Origin: Prasinococcaceae sp. CCMP 1430
Taxonomy: Eukaryota; Plantae; Prasinodermophyta
Direction of reading: 5' to 3'
DNA: 64,000 bases
Assembly (NCBI GenBank): GCA_013416795.1
Contig: RQSC01001312.1
Coordinates: forward strand, 3,640-67,639
The notes below the pieces were generated by a model. The model saw nothing but the letters and a program-made list of their open reading frames with translations, was not told the DNA's origin and made no database searches. Numbering within the stretch: the stretch's first letter is position 1; each line of letters opens with the position of its first letter. Below, in pieces: positions 32,227 through 44,264 of the stretch. The translations under genes were made by a program, and so were the position numbers.

Positions 32227-33771
32227 ATGAGCCCAGCGATGCGCGCTTGCCCCACCGCCGCGCTGCTCGCGTGCTTGGCCCAGGCCGGCACTGCGCTGCT
32301 GATGCTGCAGGCGGTGGTGGGTGTAGCCACAGGTGGTGAGGACGGAGAGGAGGGCCTGCCCCTGCCGCCGTGGATGCAGTCGGCCCCTGCTGGCCTGCCC
32401 CGCTGCGTGCCCCCGCCGCTCAGCGTCAACATTACCGCCGACGTCGCGGGCGGGTGCGACGCGGACGCGCCCGCAGCGTCGCTAGCGAAGGCGCGCGCGA
32501 GCGCGTGGCGCTGGGCGCCGCGCGTCAGCTTCCACCCAGACGAGCGGTACTTCCTGGACAGTGCGGCGCGCTACCTAGACGCCAGTGTGCTCTTTGGGCC
32601 CAACGGCGAGCACCTGGGCCCTGCCACCCCCGCCAACGTGCGTAGACAGATTGAGGCGGGCTTCGCGAATGCGACCTATACGGTCGCAACGTGGGACGTG
32701 GGCAACTGGAGTGGCATGCCGCTAGACTCTAACAACATGTCCACGGCACCGATTTACGCAAACGTGTACCTCGGCCAGGAGGGACAATGGGTGTACAACT
32801 TCTGGCTCTATTACTCGTGGAACCCGCCAAGTTCTTTCCAGGTGAACCGCCAACGCCAAGAGGGCGGCCGGTGGGAGTGGCTGGACGTTTTGTTCGACGG
32901 CGGCTATGGCTTGCACGAGGGTGACTGGGAGAGCGTGACGGTTGAGATGTGCCCGGATCTCTCACGGCCTCTCAAGCAGGTGCTGCGAACGCACTGGTTC
33001 AATAGTGCGTACGACTGCACGAAGAACGAGTGCGAGTTCGCGCCGGGGAGCAACGGGACCAATACGACGCACATGGACGTGCTCTGCGCCCTGGGCGGAC
33101 ACGCCTCCTACCAGCGCTCCAAGGAGGCGTCAGAGGTGATGTACTCGGTGGTAAACGCGTCATCAGATCTCGTCATGCCCTGCGGCATCCATGCTTTGAC
33201 GCGCACGGACCGCACGTGGGCGCCAGAGCAGGGCGCTGCGCACTTCCAGCCAACTGAGGAAAATGTGATAGTTCTGGACGCACCGAGCGATGTGGACTGG
33301 GGCGACGCCTCCGCAGATGCCAAGGCAACATGGCAACAGCTCGAAGCGGTCGGTCTGCACCCGTGGAGCGCGTATCCTGGCCGTTGGGGTCTCGCTTACT
33401 ACCAGGACGTGCATCCCGTGGGCGCGCCAATGTGCTACACAGATGGCCAAAGTGACATCGTGCCGTGCAGCGAGCTGCGCCCCGAAGACGCGAGCGCGCT
33501 CCCCCAAAACATCTTCGACGTGACGTCGGCTCTCGCGAACGCCGACGAGGCCATTGCAAACCAGTCGGCGGCGGACGGTGCGGCGCTCGTCGCCGCCTGC
33601 GGGCACGTGGACCCGTCCTTCTGGCCGAGGCTCGTGGCGTTCGGCCCCCTCGGACCTGCATTCAAGACCTTCTGGGGCGAGGTTGAGGTCGCGGTGCCCT
33701 CGCCTCTCCAGGCAGATACCGGCGGCGTGCAGCTCGCGTGCCCCGACTACGCGCACCACGTCGCCGTGTAG
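32227..33771 (+). CDS. Secreted Vps62-like protein
   Basis: Signal-like N-terminus; WAPRVSFHPDERYF, WVYNFWLYYSWN, HEGDWESVTV, ALGGHASY, YPGRWG. Confidence 0.7.
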   Translation: MSPAMRACPTAALLACLAQAGTALLMLQAVVGVATGGEDGEEGLPLPPWMQSAPAGLPRCVPPPLSVNITADVAGGCDADAPAASLAKARASAWRWAPRVSFHPDERYFLDSAARYLDASVLFGPNGEHLGPATPANVRRQIEAGFANATYTVATWDVGNWSGMPLDSNNMSTAPIYANVYLGQEGQWVYNFWLYYSWNPPSSFQVNRQRQEGGRWEWLDVLFDGGYGLHEGDWESVTVEMCPDLSRPLKQVLRTHWFNSAYDCTKNECEFAPGSNGTNTTHMDVLCALGGHASYQRSKEASEVMYSVVNASSDLVMPCGIHALTRTDRTWAPEQGAAHFQPTEENVIVLDAPSDVDWGDASADAKATWQQLEAVGLHPWSAYPGRWGLAYYQDVHPVGAPMCYTDGQSDIVPCSELRPEDASALPQNIFDVTSALANADEAIANQSAADGAALVAACGHVDPSFWPRLVAFGPLGPAFKTFWGEVEVAVPSPLQADTGGVQLACPDYAHHVAV

Positions 33772-33961
33772 TGGCCAGACCCTTCCAGGCAGGCGGGCTT
33801 GCTCGCTCGCTGAAGCTGCCAGTGACAAGCTGCCCAGTGCTTCTACGACAGAGATGAATGTGCGCAGGACAGAGCCGCGTGAGTAGGACGCTGACGGCGA
33901 TGCCTTCCGTGAGCGTGAGTGCCCACGCATTGCAGGATGAATACTTTAATAGCATACGCAT

Positions 33962-36790
33962 TCACTCGCCACCACCCGCTGACGCAGCCCGCCCAGCACC
34001 GCGCTGCCACCTGCTGCGCCGCGTAGCGAGAAGGCGCACGGCGAGAGCCCCCCCACCAGCGAGAGCCGCGCCGCCGCTGCCGTCCAGCGGCGTGTCGCGA
34101 GGCACCGCCCTCGTCTCGCCGTCCTGGTCGAGCACCTCGACGCGCACCAGGTCGCCCTCGACTAACGCCTGCGGCCCAAGCTTGGCCGCCGCGAAGAGAT
34201 CTTCGGCAGTGCTGCCAGGGCGCATGGCGATCGCCAACGGGCAGGCCGCACGCGCCGCCTGCAGGACAGCGCCGTCCGCAGCTTTCCCCACGGCCCGCAG
34301 CCGCGCGACCTCGGCCGGTGCAGCGACGTCATCGGTGGTCGGGAAAGCAAACACGGGCGGCCGTAGCGCCACGGCCGCGTTGAGCGCCGCGCGGCAGCCG
34401 GTCAGCTCCGTGGCATAATCCGCGGCTAGTTTCTCGACCTGCTCGCGCCCCGTCATCTGCTCACCCGCCTCCACGTGTGCCTGGTACTCGGCACGCGCGC
34501 ACACCGGCGTGCTGGCGACGCCCGGGTACGACTCGCGGATGCGCCGAATGTGCCGCCCCGAGCTGGGCAGGTCCGCCTTGTTGAGTGCCAGCACGCACGG
34601 GAAGCGCATCGCACAAAACGTCGCGACGATCGCGTGCAGGTCCGCAGGTGTCCATGAGGGCAGCCGCTTGACCGCCTCGGCCCATGTGCGGCCAAACCCC
34701 GCAAGCCTGACCGCTTCGAATGCCACCGACGTGGTGCAGTGGTAGCCGACGAAAAGCTGCAAGAAGTAGTCGCTCGGCTCGTCGGCTCGGCTCCGCATCA
34801 GCTTGCGCAACACCGTGGGCCACTTGTTCCTCACGTTCTGGTAGATCCACATGTGCAGCTCTAGTTGGACCCACTCGACATCGCGTGCTGGATCGCCCTG
34901 CGCGTCTGCGTCGGTGCCAGCCGCCGCGCCATCGCTGAGCGTGGTCCCCGACGCGTCAATCACGTGGATCAAGCTGTCGGCATCGCACAAGTCGTTCAGA
35001 AAGGCGTTGCCCTTGCCGGCGCCCTGGCACGCACCCGGCACCAGCCCCGCGACGTCTTTTATTGTCACGGGCAGTGTCAGCCGCTCGGCGTACCCTCGCT
35101 CGCCGCCCTCCCTGCACGGGTCGGCCTCGGCGGGTGGCGAGAAGAATGCTGCCGCGATGTTGGGCTCAATTGTCGTAAAGGGAAACGCCGCCATCCGCGC
35201 CGCTTCCGCCTCACTGTTGGGCAACGTCACCGCGCTGCGTGCATGAGTGTGTGTGTGCGTGCACGCGCGCGAGCGTAAGCATCCGCGCGCCAGTGCGCGC
35301 GCGTGCGCGTCCGTGCGCGCGCGCATGTGTGCGTGCGCGTGCATTGCGCGCGCGCTCGCACTTGAAAAAGGTCGACTTTCCAGCGCTCGGCTTCCCGACC
35401 AGCCCGACTGTGTACTCCCAGCGTCCACGCCGGCGGTCGCTCGCACGCAACGCCGCGGCCGAATCGATGCCGCGCGCGCCCTCAATGGCGCGCTGAGCCA
35501 GCGCGCACTCCTCCTCGGGGTCGAGCTCATCGCACAGGAGGCGCGACTCAGCCACCACATCGCCGCTATCATCGGCGGTCTCGTCCATGACAGCAGCAGC
35601 GGCCAGAGCTTGAGCACCTGCCACCTGCTCACCATCCGCCGCCTCACCACCGCCGTGCTCATCCAGCCACTCGGCCGCCCGCGCAGCCAGCTGGTACACC
35701 ATCGCGTTGCCGCGCTCCTCTTCCGCGAGGCGGACTAGCTCTGCCAGCAGCGCCACGCGCGCTGCCTCGCTCAGCGCGTGCCCCTCGATGTCCAGCAGCG
35801 GCACCGCCGCCTGGCCACTGTCCACCCCGTCGCCGTGCGGATAGCCACGCGGGAAGGCCGCTGCCAGCCACACGCCCTCGGCGACGCGCACGCGCGCGAG
35901 CAGCATCGGCCCGGCCTCCTCTTCCTCGCCGCCGCCGCCGCCGCCGCAGCGTGCCTCGTCCTCCTCCTCGTCCGCGCGCGGGCAGTCGCCACCAACCGCC
36001 TGGTCTCCGAATATCGCTGTGAGCGCGCCGAGCTCCTCGCGCTGCGCCTCGCGCTCGTCTGGCAGCCACGCCCCGCACGCGGCCGCCAGCCGCGCCTCGC
36101 CCCCAGGGTCACCCGCATCGCCGCCGGCAGCCGCCTCGGCTGCGCGCGCGCGCAAGAACGCCTCGAGCGTTGCCACGTGCTCCGCGCGTTGCGGAAAGAT
36201 ATGCCCGCCGGCGTGCCGCACCACGTCGGCGCCGCTGCCGAACGCCGCCGCCAGCGCCTCAGACTCGTTCGGTGGCACGGCCTCGTCACCCTCGCCAACG
36301 AAGTGCAGCGAGCGCACGCCCGCCAGGTGCACGAGCGGCGCGCCACCCGTGGGCGGCTGCGGCGCGCCAGCAAGCACGGCAAAGCGCAACGCGGCGAGCG
36401 CGGGGAACGCAGCGGGGTCGGCGCGCGCCGCCGCGAGCGCCGCTGCCGCCAGCGCGCCTCCCTGCGTGCGTGGTCGTGGGCGCGCCGCCGGGATTAGCTC
36501 CAACACGCGCGCGCATGACCCACGCGTATGCACGCACACGCACGCGAGAGTGCGCACGCATACACACGCGCACGCCCACGCTTCCGCCTCGGCGCGACGC
36601 CTACCTGCGAGAAGCCCAACACGCCGTCGAAGGGCGGCACGCGCTGCAGCTCGCCCTCGAGCCGCCGCACCGCCTCGTCAGCGCCGCCCCCGCCTCCATA
36701 CCACTGCAGCCCGCCGCCGGCCGCGCCGCCGGTCGCGTCCGGGAAGCGCGTCGCGCCGAGCACACCGCGCAGCCGCCACGGCGGCCGGCG
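33962..36790 (-). CDS. Fusion of FSH1 serine hydrolase, RWD domain and OBG-family (Ygr210/YchF-like) GTPase; introns 36462-36604 and 35235-35361; N-terminus incomplete
   Basis: FDGVLGFSQ|GG, LHFVGEGDEAV, HAGGHIFP (hydrolase triad); QREELGALTAIFG...FPRGYP (RWD); VGLVGKPSAGKSTFF|NAVT, FPFTTIEPN, DVAGLVPGA..G.GKGNAFL, LALNKAD. Confidence 0.8.
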
Positions 36791-37177
36791 GCGGCGCCCA
36801 CGGCGCGGCGCGCCGCAACTGAGCGGTGTGGCGCGGGGCGACGCGCCGAAGGGCCGTGAGGAGCAGAGGGCGGGGATGAGGGGGGGGCGGGAGGGGTTGG
36901 AGGTGGCGTCTGTGCGTGCGCACGTGCGTGCGTGCGCGCTATGCGACAAAGGCATTAAACCCTAATTACAATTGTGCAGTAGTTGACCCTAATAATGATA
37001 ACCTTAACCTCGCGTGTGCAGTCTGAGGAGCGAGGGGGCGCACGCGCTCGCCTGCCACACCACACGTACTCCCAGCGCCGGACCCCCCCCCACCCGCCGC
37101 CGCCCTCCTGCCGCGGCGCCCGCTCGCCGGGGGTGGCGGCGCCCCGCCCCCCGGCCTCGTGGCTCGGCCCTCCCGCC

Positions 37178-38529
37178 ATGCCGATGGAGGACCGCCTCGC
37201 GTCCGACCCGGCCGCGCGCGCCGTGCGCGCGCCGCGCGCCCGGCTGTCGCTCGCCGACTTCGAGGTCGTGGGCGAGCTCGGCGAGGGCAGCTTCTCGCGC
37301 GTCGCGCTCGCGAGGCTGCGCGAGACGGGCGAGGAGTACGCCCTCAAGATAATGCTCAAGGTGGGCGCGCGTGCGGGGAGGGGGAGGAGGCGGTCCTGCG
37401 GCTGTGCGCGCGCGCGCGGTGCGCCGTTGCGAGCGCAGCGCGCCTGCCTCTGCCACTTGCGCGCACCTCGGCGCTGACTGGAGGCGTGCGCGCCGTGCGT
37501 GGCGCGCCAACCCGACGTGCAACGCGCTACGCAGCGTCACCTGATTCGCGAGAACAAGGAGGGATACGTGAAGCTCGAGCGCGATGTGATGGACTCGCTT
37601 GACCACCCAGGCGTCGTGCGGCTCGCGTTCACCTTCCAGGACCAGGAGAACCTCTACATGGGGCTCGAGGCGTGCCAGGGCGACCTGCAGCGGCAGCTCG
37701 CGCGGCTGCGGCGCGCGGGGCGCCGCATGAGCGTGAGAGACGTGCGGTGGTACCTCGCTGAGGTCGTCGAGGCGCTCGCGCACGTGCACGCGCGCGGCGT
37801 GTGCCACAGGGACCTCAAACCGGAGAATCTGCTCTTCGACGCCAGCGGCCACCTCAAGCTAACCGACTTCGGATCGTGCCGGGACGTCTCGATGGGCTGC
37901 TCGAGCGGGGCTGACGCCGGGGGGCAGCAGGCGGCCGACGCAGTCGCGGACGAGGACGAGGACTCGCCAAAGGGTCGTCGGTGGAGTTTCGTGGGCACGC
38001 CTGAGTACATGCCACCTGGTGAGAGGCGCGCCCGCAGCGCGTGCGCCCGTGGGCTGCCTTTGCGTGTCGCCTCCCGCGGCGCACGCTGACGCCGCGCTTG
38101 CTCGCACGCCCCGTACCACCGCTCGCGCCCATTGCGCCCTCACGTGCAGAGGTCGTCAGGATTGACAGCGACGCGAATGCCGCCGACAACCCGTACGCTG
38201 TGGACAACTGGGCGCTGGGCGTCATGCTCTACCAGATGTTGGTGGGCGAGCGTCCCTTCCAGGCGCCGACCGAATACCTCGTCTGGCAGAAGGTCGCAGC
38301 GATGGAGTGGGAGATGCCAGAGGATGGCTCGGTGCCCCAGGATGCCGCTGACCTCATCAATCGCTTAATGGACCCGAATCCGGCCACGCGAGCAGGGCTC
38401 GACGACGTGCGCGCGCACGCGTTCTTCAGCGGCGTCGAGTGGGGCGCGGGGCTCTGGGACCGCGGCGATGCTCCCGAGCGGCTACCCGCCGACGAGAGCG
38501 AATGCGCGCGCACAGCTAAATCACCCTAA
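37178..38529 (+). CDS. PDK1: PDK1-like AGC kinase without a PH domain; introns 37361-37534 and 38019-38149
   Basis: LGEGSFSRV, YALKIMLK|RHLIRENK..YVKLER, FTFQD, HRDLKPEN, DFG, SFVGTPEYMPP|E, DNWALG. Confidence 0.82.
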
Positions 38530-38642
38530 TAATCCATCTGTTTTTGTATGCTCAGCGCTGCTTGTGCTCTGCGGAACGGGGAAGTCCTTACACGTATGCG
38601 CAGGCGAACGCCACCAATGCCAGCGACGTGGCGCGTGCGCGC

Positions 38643-40576
38643 TCACTTGAGCACACGATCGATTGTCTTGCACTGCTCCTGCCAGCCGACGAGAGAGTGG
38701 GCGACGAGCATACCGCCCGCAGCCACGGCAGGCACGCCCGGGCCCGGAAAGTTACTTCAAGCCGTCACAGTATCGAGAGAGTGGGCGATCGACGCTGTCA
38801 GCGCTGCGCGTGCAGTTGGATTCTCGTGATGGCTCGGGGCGCTCGACACACAAGCGCACGCGCGCAGAGGCAGTGCACGCCACCATCGAGCTGACAAACA
38901 CGGCGCAGTGGCAGCACCACCAGGCCTCGCGACACCACGCACCTGTCTCCAACACACCAGAAACCGTCGAGCGGCGTCCCCACGCTGAGGTTGGCCACGG
39001 TGCCCTCGCCCTTCGAGATCCAGCCTCGGCCGCCGTACGTGCCGCGGTGGCGGCGCAGGAAGCGCGAGCACGTGAGCGGCGTGCCGATCATTTCGATTTC
39101 CACGCGCTCGCGCGCCCCGGGCACGGCCTTCTCCACGGCCTCCCACAGCTTGTCGGCCCTCTCGCGCTTGAGGGCCTTGTACTCCTCCGACTTGCGGTCC
39201 ATCCCCTCCCACTTCTCGTACGGCTCGGTGCCCGGGTAGTACGCATGGATCACGTGCTTGCCCTCGGGCGCCATGCTGGGGTCGATGGCACTCGGGATGG
39301 ACACCAGAACGACGTTGCGCTCGGCCTCAACGCCCTTCTCCCAGTCGTCGACGACCATGTGGTGCAGCTTCACGTCCTCGAGCCCCTCAGCGTCTATGCC
39401 CAGGTGAAGGTGCATGAAAGAAAGGCACTGATCGGTGTCTTCAACCTGCTGCGTGAACTCGTCCGGCAAGGCGCCCTCTGGCATGAGCGGCAGCGTGTCC
39501 CACAGCGAGGCGTTCGAAATCACGGCCTCCGACGCGCGCACCTCCTTGCCGCCGCGCAGGCGCACGCCCACCGCGCGTTCGTTCTCCACGAGCACCTCCT
39601 CGACGTGTGCGGATGTGACAAGCTGCCCGCCATACTTCTCAAGGCCACGCACGAGCGCGTCGATCAGCGCGCCGGAGCCGCCCTTGGGAAACTCAAGCAT
39701 GGCGTTCGGACGGTACCAGTCGTCAAACATGAACCCAATCTCCGACGCCGGGGTGCCCGTCGCCGGGGCGCCGCTCAGCATGAAGCAGCACAGCTCCAGC
39801 CAGTCGCGGATGAACTGTGACTTGAGACCCATCTTGTCCATCACTTCCGAGTATGGCTTGGTGAGGTCTTCGAGGCTGCCCGCGGACTCGACCACGCGCG
39901 GCAGGAAGCGAGCGAGCGTCACGAGCGCCGCGGGGTCGTTGCGCACAGCCAGCACGGGCAGGCACATCGCCGCCTTGGCAAGCGGCTTCATCTCCTCGCG
40001 CAGGCGCACGAACTCGTCCACGGTGTCCTCGTCGTACGCCTCGCGAAGGACGGCGTTGAAGTTATCCGTGCCGATTTTCATCTCGAACTTGCCCACGGGC
40101 TCGGGGAAGTGGCACGTCCAGCCGTTGTACTCGTGGCACGGCAGCTCCTCGCCCAGCGCCTGCAGGACCTGGCCCATCGGGTTCATTGTCCCCGGCGTCG
40201 TCATCGTACTGTACAAGCTCGGTCCGCTCTCGAAGGTGTACCCGTCGCGCTCCCACGCGTGCGCGGCGCCGCCGGGCACGTCGTGCGACTCCAGCACGAC
40301 CACCTTCTTGCCGTACATGGCGAGCAGCGCGCCGGCCGACAGTCCACCACTGGGCACACGGGCAGCAAGCGGGCGCGCGCGCGCGGTGCGCAACGCGCGA
40401 GTCAGACGGATTCGCGCTCTCGTGCGCGCGCGCCATCGCAGCACACCAGCTAAAGCCATTGCGCTCGAGACGGCGGTCGTTGCGGGAACTCACATGCCCG
40501 CGCCGATGACCACCACCTCTGCCGCGTCGGGCGCGTCGCGCGCCGCCGCCGCCGCGCGCACGCGCAGCGTCGCCAT
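38643..40576 (-). CDS. CRTISO-like / phytoene-desaturase family FAD oxidoreductase, plastid; three exons
   Basis: VVVIGAGI|GGLSAGALLA, GGAAHAW, FESGPSLY, EFPKGGSGALIDALV, SFMHLHLG, GTPLT..RFLRR..GTYG, CVGDS|NFPGPGVPAVAAGG. Intron 40350-40493. Confidence 0.88.
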
Positions 40577-41247
40577 GCACGCTCGGTGCGCCCGGCGCAG
40601 TGGAATTTTTGGGGCAGGCCTCGGGCAACGCCGACGCCCCGAACCCCGCAGGCGCCCGCGCCGCACGCGCTCTGCCGCGCCAACCCCGCCCCTGCCCCTC
40701 TCCCACCCCCTGCTCACCCGCCACCCCTCGTCTCAGAGAAGCAGGCGCTGCCCGTCCCAGCAGGCACGTGCTGCAGGCGCGCCCGCTCGTGCTCCCTCAT
40801 CCGAAACTCGTGGCCCAGGACGCGCGCGCGCGTCGCATGCGTTTTGACCTCACGCATCAATGCTCTCCCGTGGTCACAAATGACTCAAATATCAGATGTA
40901 AACATCTCAAAGAGTTTCCCGTCAGTGGATGTGACATATGTTATGATGCATCGTCGAATATGCAAACGGAGTTTGCCACGTCAGACGGTCACAGGCAGAG
41001 GAGTCACTCGCGCGCCCGCACACACACCTGCGACGGAGCAGGGAGCAGGCGGGGTGTGGGGGGAGGAGGGTACGAGCGCCACAGGCTGCGTCTGTCGCGC
41101 CGCGAGGCGCGCACTGAACTGCCGCTGCGCTCGCTGTGCCGACTGGGCCTGGTGTGTGTGCCGTGCCGGCTGCGCGTGCTGTGTTGCGCGCGTGCGGGCG
41201 CTGCATCGGCGGGGTGCCGCGGGTGGGTGGGTGGCGCGCCGAGCGCG

Positions 41248-42664
41248 ATGGTGGAGGGCCCGGAGTGCCACAGGGTAGCGGCAGCGCATGCGTGCATGGT
41301 GGGCTCGCGCATCGTGAGCGCGAAGTCGCCCAACGGCAAGTTCGCCGACGGAGCGGCAGCGATCGAGGGCGACTGTCTGGATCGCATCGAGGGTGAGCGC
41401 GCTGCGCGAGCGCGGGCGAGCTTGCGAGCGCGAGCGAGCATCGCGCGCGAGCGAGCTTCGAGCACGCCCGCGTGCGCGGCGCATTGCCGCGCGCCACAGG
41501 AAGGCCGTGCACGCCGTGATCTGACGTGCGCGCTCGCGCCGTACGTGTGCCTGTGCGCCCAGTCCATGGCAAGAACATGTTCTACTTTTTTGGGCAAGGC
41601 CACGTCATGCACGGTACGCCTGCGCTTCAGCACGCTTGCATTTGACTCGCATTGCGCTCGCTGACCCGTGCGGGCACACGCACACCGGCGCGCGCCCACG
41701 CGCACGCGGACGCGCGCGCGTGCGCTCGCACACAGTCCACTTCGGCATGGCGGGTGAGTTCGCCACGTTCAAAGAGGGTCCCTATCCCGCTGTCAAGCCG
41801 ACCACGCGCTTGGTCCTGGAGTTCGAGAACGGCGTGCGCGCGCACCTCTCAGCGATGACCGTCGTCCTCGACACTGTGGCGGCGCTCTACGAGCCCAAGG
41901 TGGCCGCGCTCGGGACGGATCCGCTGCGCGCAGACGCCGACCCGGCGCGCTTTGCGGCGGCGTGTGCCAGCTACGGCAAGAAGACGATCGGGGCGCTGCT
42001 CCTCGACCAGTCGAAGATCGCGGGCGTCGGCAACATCTACCGAAGCGAGATGCTCGCCGAGGCGCACATTCACCCCAACGAGCCCGCGAGCAGCCTCGAA
42101 GGCGAGGTTGTGGATGCGCTGTGGAGGGTGATAGTCAAGCAGATGCGTGCGGGCTTTGAGTCGGGCTCGATATGGGACCCCGTCACGGGGCCTAAGGTGT
42201 ACGGCAAGACCAAGTCGCACCTCGGTGGCAAGGTGGAGACTTGGCGCGTGAACGGGCGCTCCCTGTACGCGGGGGCGCACCAGAAGCTGGGTTTCCCAGG
42301 GGCGGGAGCGGACGCGAGCGCAAAGGCGACGGCGAAGGCAGGAAAGCGCAAGGGGGCCGCCCTTGAGGCGAAGGAGATGGTGACTGCCGGGGATGCGCGC
42401 GCGACCAAACGCGCGCGAGGCGAGAAGCTGAATGCACAGCACACCGCACTGAAGGACGACGCCGTGCGCGACGCCGAGGCGGCCGAGGCCGCCGCGTCAA
42501 AGCGCGCGCCTGGAAAGAAGTCCAAGGCCGCCAAGAAGAAGGCGCCCAAGGCCGCCAAGAAGAAGGCGCCCAAGGCTGCCAAGAAGAAGGCGCCCAAGGC
42601 CGCCAAGAAGAAGGCACCCAAGAGGTGGATGTCAGCCAAACGGCGGACAGCCAAGAAAAAGTGA
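41248..42664 (+). CDS. Fpg/Nei-family DNA glycosylase (MVEG start) with a Lys-rich tail; introns 41393-41562 and 41614-41735
   Basis: MVEGPECHR, V|HGKNMFYFF, V|HFGMAG, H2TH LLDQSKIAGVGNIYRSEML; (KAAKKKAP)x4 tail. Confidence 0.88.
42523..42620 (+). repeat. 24-bp coding tandem repeat, four copies
   Basis: AAGGC(C/T)GCCAAGAAGAAGGC(G/A)CCC units encoding KAAKKKAP. Confidence 0.9.
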
Positions 42665-42960
42665 GCTAAGACAGTGGGTGCTCCTCTTGGGCGCAGCGCT
42701 GCCACGGCATGCCTTGTCAACCACACCGTATTATAGCAGGCTACCGAGCTGTGTGCGCCCGCGGGTAGCGATCGGGATGTACAGCGCGCCCGTCGCGTCC
42801 GCTCAAGCTGTTGCAAAGACAAAGACAAAGCCATGTGCGTGCGTGTGCGCGCCCGAGGTCAGCACATATCCCATGTAGTGGCCCTTGCTGCAAGCGAGTG
42901 TGTGCGTTCGCGTGCGCACGAGGGTGTTCGCTCGCACACTTCGCCCGAACGCGCGCGCAC

Positions 42961-43755
42961 CTTCTGCCGATGCGCCTGCTGCCGCAGAGTCTCGCTCCCC
43001 CCAGCGCGCTTCTGCTGCTGTGAGCGCGCTGCTGAGCAGCGCGCCAACACGTGCGTGCTCGTCGGCCTCCGCGCGCGAGCGTGGCGGCGGCGCGTCGCGC
43101 GCGGCCGCCAGCGCGAAGTCCAACGCCGCTGCCGCATCCGCGACAGTGTCGGCTTCTTCCCGTGCCGGGCGCTGGGTGCGCGGCGCATCCACTGTAGCCG
43201 CCTGATTTGCGCGCCGCGCTCCGTCAGCTGAATGCCTGCGGAGAGCGCGTTCGCGTGCTCGTGTCCGCGCGCGTGTTTGTGGACGCATGCGCGCGCATGC
43301 GCCCGCACCTCCTTAGGGTCGGCGTACGCCTCTGCCGTGAAGAGCTCGAGCGCCTTCTCGAGCCTGTATGCTGCGCGCGACACGCGCGCGCCAACGACCG
43401 CCCCCGCGCTGGGGCACATGTACGCCACGCCGTCGAGCACATACAGCTGCATCAGCAGCGTGGGTCGCGCGCCGGGCGCGTCGCGCCGGCGCTTCTGCAC
43501 CACGAAGAGGTGCGGCGGCCGCGCCTCGGCGACGACGAACTCTGTCCTCGGCGCGAGGCGCGCGAGCTCGGCCTCGTCGCTCGGGTCGCGCGCCCCGCGC
43601 TGCATGAGCGCCTCATTGGCGCTGCCAGCGTCCCAGAAGGGCGACTGGCGCAGGTAGGCGAGCACTGACGGCGCGTCCCCCGGAGGACCGTAGCTGTTGA
43701 TCCACACGCCGTCGTAGAAGCACACGGAGCTCAGGTCGGAGGGGACGCTGGCAGC
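42961..43755 (-). CDS. MED6: Mediator subunit 6; ends uncertain; intron 43202-43308
   Basis: SVCFYDGVW, VLAYLRQSPFWD..SANE, EFVVAEARPPHLFVVQKRRR, YVLDGVAY..P.....VGARV.RA. Confidence 0.82.
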
Positions 43756-44264
43756 GCGCGCGGGAGCCCGTGCGCGCACGCGCGCGCGCGCGCAGGTGAG
43801 CGCGCGAACGACGCACGAGTCAGTGCGGATGCATGTGTCGCAGCCGAGCGTGGCGAGCGAGCACGGAAGCGGCGAGGCTCTCTTTCCCTTGTTCGCTCTC
43901 TTGCCCCCCCTCTCTCTCCACCCCCTGAACGCGCTCGCCCGCACGCTCGCAGCATCGCCCGTCCCAGCGCGCGCGCGCGCGCGAGCCAGCGAGCGCGCAC
44001 TCGCGCCGCACGGGCCCGCTGTGGCGCGCCGCAGGCCTCGCCGCCGCGGCAGCGCGGCGCAGCTCGCCGCGATGCACTCTGACGAAAAGCTCGCGCGCCC
44101 TACAGCGCCCGCACGGACGGCGCTCCCCACGACTGCTCGCGAGAGGGTGGCGTGGGCCTCGCGGGCGCGCGCGACGCACACGCACGCGCGCGCGTGCGCG
44201 CACACACAGATGGTGGGGAGAGGGACTCTCTCCTCGCGTGGCGGCAGCTCCGAGACACGCGCCC

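Noticed and set aside
38400-38529. PDK1 lacking a PH domain as a novelty
   Set aside because: PH-less PDK1 is already known in green algae and moss.
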